A stretch of 63,520 nt of DNA, filler included, from Parasitella parasitica NRRL 2501 (taxonomy: Eukaryota > Fungi > Mucoromycota): the NCBI GenBank assembly GCA_025201805.1. It is 4 parts of 4 records of this genome, joined end to end, with 100 filler letters (N's around TTAATTAATTAA, not from the genome) between each part and the next. Parts side by side here need not be neighbours in the genome. Positions count along the whole stretch, not along the records: positions 1 to 19,346 come from MU619418.1; 3 more parts are not named here. One strand, 5' to 3'. The notes beneath the pieces were generated by a model that ran no database searches, was not told where the DNA came from, and was given only the letters and a program-made list of their open reading frames with translations. Shown here piece after piece: positions 1 to 9,818 of this stretch. The position numbers were made by a program, and so were the translations under genes. Within the stretch, counting starts at the first letter, position 1. Every line of letters starts with the position of its first letter.

Positions 1-975
1 CCCAGTTGCTAATGGTGTTGGTGCTGGTATTGGTACTGGTGCTGGTGCTGGTTTTGGTATTAGTGTTGGTGTTGGTGTTGGAAGAAGTTGGCTTTTCTTC
101 TTCTGATGAGATAGACTCATATTTTCTCTTTAAGGCAGCAGGAAGTAGTTTTCCATCTTCTAATATTTTCTTGCATTTCTCAACGTCAGGAACTTCTTCC
201 GATAATGTTGATATCGCCTTTGATAAAACACTTTCTGCATTTTCGCACACCAGCAATAGATCTTCTGTAGGCTTTGTACTTTCATTCAATTGTTCTTGGA
301 ACACCCGTGTGGCAATTGAATACAATAATTGAATTGTGGAGTCATTGCGGAAAGGGTTTACTAAAATCGAAGGGTGTTGACTGATAAAAAATGTGGATAA
401 AGCAACAAAAGGAGAAAGGGGTGATATCAAGCTTGTTTCTATCGAGCTGCCACTCACAAAGTAACACATCTCGGCCCAAGGTTGGCAAGAGTATTGACGA
501 AGAAAAGGGTGTTTTTTGTTTGGTACTGTTTTCTTGGAGACCTCATACTTCATCGAAGAGATAACAAATGTTTACACAATCGGTGGTGTTTTATTGTGTT
601 GGCGATAGATTGATATGGCATAAGACATGAGCCTCAAAACAAAGTCGTTGTCAACTGTATGCTGAATTTCCACCAAAATAGGGAGAAAGCTGCCGTTTTG
701 TGGGGAGTTGGGTAGATATAAAACGTCTGAAATAGTACGAGTTGGCCATTCTGTCGGCCAAGGTGAATAGTTACTTCTTCCTTCGGGTCCAAATATAGTC
801 TCAATGACAATGTCGATCACAGTGGAATTCAATAAAATTTGTTTCGACATCAAGTCTGTGCCTGGTCGTAATTTATGTGGCAGTTGTGAGGATAAAGTTC
901 TCTGGGGAGGTCCGTCATTTTGTGTTTTAGTTTCAGATTGATTGATACCATATGAAGTGAGAAAAACACGATACT
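1..975 (-). pseudogene. PD-(D/E)XK nuclease-like protein of a Mucorales repetitive family, one in-frame stop, 3' end beyond window
   Basis: The minus frame reads ...KLRPGTDLMSKQILL...SDVLYLP...PILVEIQHTVD...RLMSY...TPPIV*(TAA at 572-574)TFVISS...CQPWAEMCYFVS...PLSPFVAL...DSTIQLLYSIA... and stays open to base 1, ending in an (NT/ST)n microsatellite. The D...EIQ arrangement resembles a PD-(D/E)XK core. The start codon is not resolved. Confidence 0.55.
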
Positions 976-1200
976 AGGTATCATCCTTGCTTCTTCGATT
1001 AATTTAGCAAATCTCTTCCCTCTTCGCATTTTCTCTTGAAAACATACATTATGATTAATACCAACAATCACTAATGGCATGATATTTTGCATATGTTTAC
1101 TTCTTTATTACGCTAATTAATTGACAACACTATAACTTATCCTTCATGATAAAGTAGTCAATAGTACGGCCCCCTAAATATCTCGTAAACTGTGAAAAAA

Positions 1201-2660
1201 AAAACAGTGTTTTATGTTTTTGGAAGAGTGTCGCACAATTCAGGAAAATATTGTCATGATTTTCAAAAAAAAGATGTCGTATGATCTTAGTGATGTTTTT
1301 TTTTCTTTCTCTTCTATAGCTAATTAATACCACAATGAGTTTTTCGTTCTATTTTGAAGATGGTTTAGGAAATGTTGTTGATGAATATGGGAATGACCCA
1401 ATGGACATCACTGACAATGAAAATCCTTTCAAGCTTTCAAGCTGGAAGAATTAAGTTCTTACAGCACTTATGTAGCTTTAAGAGCTAAATCAGTAGATAG
1501 TGAGGTGTTGCAAGGGTGTCAAGAAGAAATGCCGGAGAGTGTTGATAAGCAATCATCTGTCTCAAAACAAAAAACTCATTAAAAGGCAATCGCATCAGTA
1601 ACGAGATTAAAGCCCATGCTGTTCACTTAGTTGATATTCATCCTAGGAACAGTGCAACAGCTGTGGTCTTAGAGCTCAAGTTGGAGCCTAGAACTGTACA
1701 GAGATGGTACAAGACTTGGAAAGAGGACCCGGACGCATTGTTCAAGACTATAGGCCGCCCAAGAATTATTGAACCTGAAGGAGAACTAGCAGAGGCGACC
1801 AAAAGCTTAGTGTCTGACTTCTATTACAAGTATCCCACTGCCACCATAAATCAGTTGATGGATCAGATGACTAGTAGCTTTAAGGGCTTAATCATTTCAA
1901 AAAGAACGCTCTACCGTTATATGGCTGACTTATGGATTTTCACCATTAAAAAGGTTCAATTGGAGCCTGTAGAAAGAAACACCCCAGAGAGAATCCAAAC
2001 AAGAAAAGAATGGGTAGAAATGGTGAAAGAGTTGGGCGTTGACTATATGAGCAACTGTATTTTCATCGATGAGTCAGGGTTCAATGTAAACCTGAGAAGA
2101 ACTCAAGGCTCGGCACCAAAAGGGGAGGCTGCTAAAGTCAAAGTATTAACTGCGAAAGTCAATTCAATTTCTATCCTGGGTGCCATTTCTGCTAAAAGCT
2201 TGATTAAAATCAGCTTGAGAAAGCCCATGCCACCTTCAAAGAAAAGAAAGCTAGCCGGTGGCAGAAAGCAGCAAACAAAGGGCACGGTAATCAATCACTA
2301 TGTCAATTTTATTAAGGACGTTCTTGCTGAGATGGACAAATTTCCTGAAATGAAGGGACATTATCTGATCATGGATAATGCGCCCATACATACAGGTAAA
2401 ATAATTGGTGAGATGATTGAAGAGCGCGGCTACAAGTGCATTTACTTGCCACCTTACTCTCCAGAACTCAACCCAATAGAACAATTTTGGTCTGTTGTTA
2501 AGAGTAGTGTGAAAAAGAGAGTTTGCGCTTGAAAAAGATACTATTCCTCAAATAATTGCAGATGCTAGCAACCAAGTTGCCCAGTCATCTTTTGAAGGGT
2601 TTGCACACTATTTTCCTAAATTGTGCGATACTCTTTTCTAGAAACATACGACACTGTTTT
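1201..2660 (+). mobile_element. Tc1/IS630-family DNA transposon (degenerate) with imperfect inverted repeats
   Basis: 1201-1250 (aaaacagtgttttatg...gtcgcacaattcaggaaaata) is an imperfect reverse complement of 2609-2660, and the pair encloses a DDE transposase. Confidence 0.8.
1334..2575 (+). pseudogene. Tc1/IS630 DD34E transposase, N-terminus and C-terminal tail frameshifted
   Basis: ORF 1663-2532 has an HTH (RTVQRW), CIFIDESGF, IMDNAPIH and YLPPYSPELNPIE, with 34 residues between D and E. An upstream MSFSFYFEDGLGNVVDE start at 1334 is interrupted. Confidence 0.85.
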
Positions 2661-2990
2661 ATTAAAAAGTGCGACACTTTAATTTTTTTTCTTGCGACAT
2701 CATTTTGGCAAAAGGTGTATATCTCACAATTCCCTGTTTGTCTCGATAGTTCTCTTACTGGGTTTTGTAAATCAGCCCTTTATTAAAATGTGAATTTGAA
2801 CAAGTCGTAGTTTATCAACATAATCATTGCCTCTTTTCTTGGGATATTCAACCACTCACCAAAGGTAAAACTCCTTTTATCCCAAGACCGAAATATGAAA
2901 CCATTCAATTTTTTTTTTATGTATATAAAAGAGGGTATCTGCACATGTCATAGCCTCTCCTTCTTTAAATTGATGCAATGTATCGCTAAT

Positions 2991-5900
2991 ATGCCAAAAA
3001 TCCGCATTATTTTGATACTTTTAATACTAGATTTAATTCAAAAATCAATACAACTGACATTTCGGGACACAACGATACCACAATGTGCTACTTCAGATTA
3101 CTACAACCCAAATGATCGTCCGAAAATTGCAGTTATATCACACGATTCCGCTATCAGCACATTTACTCAGGATCCAGAACAGGGAGCAAGAGATGCTGCC
3201 GCCATTCTCGATGTGCAAATAGATTGGAACAAGCATTTTATCAATTCAGCGTCGAAAATGATTGCTGATATTTATGATGCAGTGGACAATGTAGGTGTTT
3301 AGGTAGTTGCTGATTATCCCTCATACTGACGTGTATCTCAGGGAGTAGCCGGCATCATCGTCAGCATTCCCAACCAAGATGTCTTAGCTGCTGTCCGATA
3401 CGCCATGTCACATAATATACCTGTCATCGTATACAACGCAGGCCTTGAGTATGCCAAACAATTAGGACTCACCCGAGTCATGCTACATAACTATGAATCT
3501 GGACAGTTAGTAGGACAGGAACTATTAAAAAGAGGATACAGTCGACCACTTGTTTTGCAAATGGCAAACATACCAGATATTAGCTTCACCTCTCGATATG
3601 ATGGTGTATCAGAGGCCATTGGAATGGAACCTGAATTGATAGCTATATCTAACATCAATGATACGCAAAAATCAATTACTCAATTGGCAGCTTATTTGGA
3701 GGGACATGACACATTTGACTCTGTAGTTTCCTTGGGCGGATCTGTAAGATGCTAAACCTACGTTACACTGATGCGTTCTGATGTGATTTCCTTCAATAGT
3801 TAGGGACAGACATTGTCAGCAGCGCTGCATTGGATATACTGAATAGAAATTCTAGCAGAAAGCTAGGGGTTGCCTTCTTTGATACTGGCGGGCGTAACTT
3901 GAGTGCACTCTTCCAACAGCATCCCGATGTATTTGGAATATCGCAATTGCCTTACTATCAGGCTGCTTTACCCGTGTTTTTGATGTATCTTAGAATTACA
4001 ACAGGTTACAATGTCTATGGGAACCAAACAATCAATACAGGACCTATCTTGGTAACTAATGAGACTTTCTCCACTGTACTCGACAATGAGCAATCGACTT
4101 TGGTTCCTTTATCCGCTAAAGAAGCTCGTATTGGAGCCATTCTACCTAACGCTCAAGGCGACACCTACAACGGCGCAATCATGGCTGGAATCAAGGACTT
4201 GGCAACAAAATTGAACTGGGAAGTTCTGAATGTTGTTGAGGTATTATATTTTTGTTAAAACTTACAAAAACTGTAATGCCAATGCTAACTATATCTGAAC
4301 AACGTTTAGCAAGGACCACTTGGTAAAAAAAAAAAAAAAAGAAAAATCGAACAGTTACACAAGTTCAAGACAAACTAAACGGTTTTACATTACAGGCTCT
4401 ATAGCTCAAATGCAAGACGAAATCGATTATTATGTCAAAGAAAATATCGCAGGTATCATGATGCAGACAAGCAATCAAAGTTTGTTGAACTATAGCTTGC
4501 GGCAGAGCAATGTAAGTGGGATTCCTCTCGTTACATTGGGAACCTTTTTCGAAGATTTGAATCACACGACAACGCCGTATGTATCCCATCAAAAATGCAG
4601 AAAAAAAAAACTCCTTCCAGGTCTAGCTAAATGTATTGATATATGCTTAGAAAAATTCATAATATTGCTTTGAACACAGCCGATCTTTCTTTAAATGTCG
4701 CCAAGACAGTATTAGATAGCAACTTTACACGGCCTTTATGCATCGCAGAATTAACGCCTTGGAAGCAAAGTAGATACTGCAATCGCTTTTACAATGACTT
4801 TAGCTCAATGGCAGCCGAAAGAAATATTCAAGTGGAGTTATTGCCAGTCTCCAATGTCAATATTTCAACTGATAGTTCCATGGATCTTGAAGTAGCCATC
4901 ATCCTTGCTCGTCTAGCAGAAGCAGGGTCTAGCCCTGACGCCTATGTTACAATGTCTGAATACACATTTGAAACATTGAATGCGGTAAGCTCCTATATTT
5001 TCGATACAAAATATACATACTAACAATTTTTTTTTTTTTGTCTTTCAAGCGCATGCTAAAAGGCTATTTAAGCAATTCAACCAGTGTTTTCACCTCTGCA
5101 GATTTATTTGATCAAGTGCAAGCCTTGCTGGAAAAAAGAGTTAAAGCATCTTGGTTTCTGAACACATTTTCGATGGGATTTATGTCTGCTCTTGATATCC
5201 TTTTCTCAAAGACGCTGACAATTCAGCCGTGGAAATTAACCCAAATAGTATCACCCAAAGTTGCTTCAATTTGTACGCCAGGCACATTCTACTACGAGCT
5301 TTCCAAAAGCTTTTACTGTCTGGATGATGCTGGACACACTATAAAATCAATTCGCTGCGCGCAATGTCCCATCAACACATATTCTCCATTCGCAGATATG
5401 CTGGAATGCATACCGTGTCCTCGTGGAACGTACTCGTCAGCTGGATCCTATGAATGCACAACTTGTAGTCATGATGATTTTGAAAGCAGTTACAACAGTT
5501 ACTGTTTAGATTATTTTTCAGAAGAATCGGAACGAAAAAAGAAGTTATATATGTCGATCTTTATACCTATAGGCATAGTGCTGTTTGTTATTATTGTAGG
5601 CTGGCTGCTTTGGTTACTTCGTAAAAGAAACCGTTCTGTCAACGAGACCAGCGACGAAACATGGCTATTATCATATCAAAAGTTGACCTGCCCTTCGTTA
5701 CCTCACATGTCGTACTTGTCATCCTCACTGATGGAAGTTCCACTTATTGGCCCTAATCCTGAAAATACTTCGTCAAGTTACTCAATAGCAGATTATTCTA
5801 GTCCTTTGTCCCCATTTCGACAACAGCAACAACAAAAACAACAACACATGAATCAGCACGGACGTGTTTTTGACTCAAATCTTGCTGTCTCTGTTAGCGA

Positions 5901-7500
5901 TTATTCCAGGTCACCCAGGTAAGTACATACGTACAGATATTCTGGAAGGACATTTTTCAAATTAAAAAAAAAAAAAAAAAGCAGTGCAAGATCATCCGTA
6001 GACCATACATCAGAAAAAGAAAATTTCACTCTCGAATTTACCGTTGGATACCAGTAGGTATTGTGCAAGCCAGGACACGACGTCGAACTAACAAATCATC
6101 AAGTCGAAATTTGCCCGTATTTATCAAGCAGATTGGATTTATAAAACTCAAAGTGGATGACTCTATTCGGCAAGAAGTTGCATTAATGAAATGCGCCAGA
6201 CACCCAAAGCTTGTTGAGTTTTTAGGCATTTGTGCTGAGCCGCATGCTACGTTTATTGTGGAAGGTGAGCTGCGTTATTTAAACGAACCCTCAAAAATAC
6301 TAAATGCATTTGTTAGAATACTGCGCCAAAGGGTCGTTGGCTGACGTTTTGATTAATCCTGATATTGATCTTACATGGATATTCAGATTTTCGCTGATCA
6401 ACGATTTGCTAGACGGTTTGGACTTTCTCCAGCATTCTCGATTCAATTACCATGGAAACTTGACGTCCTTTTCGTGCTTAATAACAGGAAAATGGGAGTT
6501 GAAAATCACAGACTACGGTCTTCGCAAAATTCATCGCACCCAAATTGATCCCACTGTACTAGGTGCATTGCGCGAAAATTCACATGTAGACAGCAAGAAT
6601 TTCTTTTCAGATTCTGCGTGGATAATGACTAGTAGCATAAATCTATTATGGGTAGCTCCCGAATCGACAGCATGTACACCGCTCGGTTTATACATTACAT
6701 CACCTACAAAAAGTGCTGACATTTATAGGTATATTACTTTGGCCGACAAATGTCAATTATGCTAACGACTTTGTTAAAAACAGTGTTGGCATTATTATTA
6801 ATGAGATATTGACTCGTGAAAGGCCTTACCAAAAGCTCCTCGATCAAGGGATTACTTTTGAAAACATATTCCAAAGGGTCCGTGAAGAAAACCTTCGAGT
6901 AGCGATGAAAACTGCTACAGAGGATGAATATGCTGACAAGATCAACTTAATTATCAATGATTGCCTTCAATCTGACCCAAGTTCAAGACCTACATGTTTG
7001 GCTATCAAGGTATATACGCTATACTAGTCTCCATTAGCAATTGCCTTAATATTTCCTATAGAATCGAATGAGATCAATAGACCCATATTTGGCTGAATCA
7101 GACAACGTGGTTGATAATCTAGCTAATCTGGTAAAAGGGAGTTTTCTTAAAAAAGGCTTTTGTTTTACTTAAACTTTTTACGCTTGCTTTAGCTCGAGAA
7201 ATATGCTAATGATATGGAAAATCTTGTCCGTAAACGCACAGCAAACCTTCAGCAACGAACTATGGAATTAGAAGAAGAGCGTGCTCGCACACAAACTTTA
7301 TTGAAGGGTAATAAGGTGTAATCCAAATTGCTCTCTTGTAATGATGCTAACTCCTTTTTGTCGCAGATTTAAAGGCTGCCAAAGAAGTAGCTGAAGCTGC
7401 GGCCGCTGCTAAACAAACCTTCTTGGCGAATATGTCTCATGGTAAGGTCTTTTACAGGGCCTGTGGATGTGAACACTAATTGCCAGCACCTTTTTCTTTT

Positions 7501-7565
<65 letters not shown>

Positions 7566-9818
7566 CAGAAATACGTACGCCTATGAATGCTGTTATTGGT
7601 ATGTCCCGTATATTGATGGAAAGTGATTTGCCCACAGATTTATACGAATGTGCCGAAACGATTGAATCTTCAGGTAATCATACGCTTTACAACTAATATA
7701 TATTGCACGTCAATTTATTATTACCTATTAGGTAATCATCTAATGGCTATCATTGACGACATTTTGGACTATTCAAAGATTGAATCGGGAAAACTCTCTT
7801 TAGAAAATCGCCTCCTGGACATGGTAATTCAAATAGTTACATCGTTCAAAACAATCTCATGCTAATACGGCTGTCCTAAAATTTAGACATTTGTCATTGA
7901 AAGCGCAATTAAGCTCGTTGCCCCCAATTATTTGGATAAGGGTCTGACGCTATGGTATGAAATCGATTCCAACGTCCCAGTTCGAATATACGGTGATTTA
8001 GTTCGTATTCGCCAAGTCATCTTGAACTTGTTATCAAATGCGCTCAAGTTTACAAAGACGGGTTATGTGCATGTTCATGTGCAGATATGTCCAAATAGTA
8101 AGCTGCATATCACAAAACCGGCTTCGGATCATGCACCAGGCAACAATGATGAGGAGGACTACAAAAAAATATCTGAGACGGCACCTTTTATCACTGAAGA
8201 ATGCGAGTTGCCACAAGATGTAGTTCCATTCTTGGTATCTGTTACCGACACCGGTATTGGTATTCCAAAGAGCAAATCAAGCAAGCTTTTTCAGTCGTTT
8301 TCTCAAGTTGACGCATCCACTACTCGTAATTTTGGCGGCACTGGTTTAGGCTTAGCTATCAGCAGACAGCTCTGTCGTATGATGGGCGGCGATATGGTGA
8401 GTGTCCCATTTCCTTTTCTACATACATATACTTACTTTTTTTTTTTATAATAGTGGGTTGAATCCAAACTAGGTAAAGGATCGACCTTCAACTTTCAAAT
8501 CCTGCTACAAAAACAAGCAGACAGTCCTACCTATGGAGACCAAAACCGTTTAAAAGAGATCTCAAGCATTTATACCAATCCAGTCGTTATCGCTGAAAAT
8601 GAGCCTTGCAAAACTAGCTGGAAGAGCATTCTTTCGAGCTTCTGTATCACTGGAACCAAAGCAATGAGCTACAGAGAATCACTCGTGTGCTTTAAGGAAT
8701 TGGATACGTTGCATTCCAAGCCCTCTGTTCTTATTATTGACGAGGATCTTAATATAGTCGACGGAATGGGCTCCACTTTGCCTGCTTCCAGCGAGGCAGT
8801 TCTTGATGATCTTCGAACAAAGTTTCCATTCTTAACCAACATACCAACATTGTGCATCAATGATTTACGACTTCGAAAGTCAACCAAGCTAGCAAATCCT
8901 GCTTCGACTGTCGGGCAGCAAGTCAGTGCTTCACCTGCATTGGAAGAAAAATCATCCACTCCTCAAGATGAATCAAGCAACCCCTTTGATTTTGCTAGTG
9001 ATTCGTTTTACAGCGTCTGCAAACCCTTCAAAAATTCAAAACTTGTATCTGCCCTCCATCGTTTGGCTATCAAGGAGCCTGTTTCTCCTGCAGATGCATT
9101 TTTGACTCGAACTCGATTGCAAGCACCAAATCCAGCAATCCCTTCTTCTTTTGCAAACGATGAGTCTCCTCAGCATCTTGGTCATCGATCAAATAGCTTC
9201 TCAAGCACATCATCTGGTCGCCCACTCGCTGATTTCTTGGCAGGTGTAAAATCCCTATTAGTAGATGATAACCCGATTAATCAAAAGGTGCTATCTCGTA
9301 TGTTGACACAGATGGGTTTGCACCCTCAGATTGCTCAGAACGGACGAGAAGCTTGTAACATGGTCGCCAGTGCAAAGGATAGCGGTGAGCCCGTCGAGCT
9401 CATTTTTATGGATATTTGGATGCCCGAGATGAATGGTCTGGAAGCTTCTGAAAAAATTCGTCAAGGGCTATCTTCTTCTGGTGTGAACCCTTATATCATT
9501 GCAATGACGGCTTGTGTTATGCCTGGAGATCGTGAAAAGTGTATTGATTCAGGCATGAACGGGTATGTGAGTAAGCCTGTTCGTAAAGAAGAACTCGAAG
9601 CTGCGCTTCATACATATACCCAGATCCATATGACCAGTGAATTGACGTCCGTGGACAAAGGGCAAGGCCTCAGCGGCTCGTCTGCTCCTTCAACTCCCCC
9701 AGCAGACACTCATCAAGCCTTTTCTTCAAATACTGTCATAAACAGAAGTGGACGTTGTGAAAACTTTGTCCTTAATGTACCCACTGTTACCATTACTCCC
9801 GAAGATCAGTCTTCTTGA
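2991..9818 (+). CDS. Single-pass receptor hybrid histidine kinase: signal peptide + periplasmic sugar-binding-like domains + Cys-rich repeat + TM + receptor-guanylyl-cyclase-type pseudokinase + coiled coil + HisKA + HATPase + pseudo-REC + REC (~1912 aa, 18 exons)
   Basis: Hand-spliced exons, all GT-AG and in frame: 2991-3290, 3342-3743, 3800-4240, 4310-4322, 4396-4576, 4651-4984, 5050-5918, 5985-6053, 6104-6264, 6317-6728, 6784-7009, 7062-7130, 7193-7307, 7367-7441, 7569-7673, 7732-7823, 7887-8396, 8454-9818. Motifs: GVAGIIVSIP..IPVIVYN; CPINTYS..CPRGTYS; TM IFIPIGIVLFVIIVGWLLWLL; EYCAKGSL..HGNL..KITDYGL..WVAPE; H-box FLANMSHEIRTPMNAVIG; N-box NLLSNALKFT; DTGIGI; GGTGLGL; REC LLVDDN..FMDIWMP..MTA..KP. 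Confidence 0.9.

Noticed and set aside
6-332. Plus-strand ORF with (VL)n repeat
   Set aside because: It is the antisense shadow of the minus-strand gene's hexanucleotide microsatellite.
7369-7696. Poly-K and poly-F ORFs
   Set aside because: They derive from a poly-T tract inside HK intron 7442-7568.
2895-9818. Treating the PBP, kinase and HK ORFs as separate genes or an operon
   Set aside because: Canonical introns join all pieces in frame with no internal stop.
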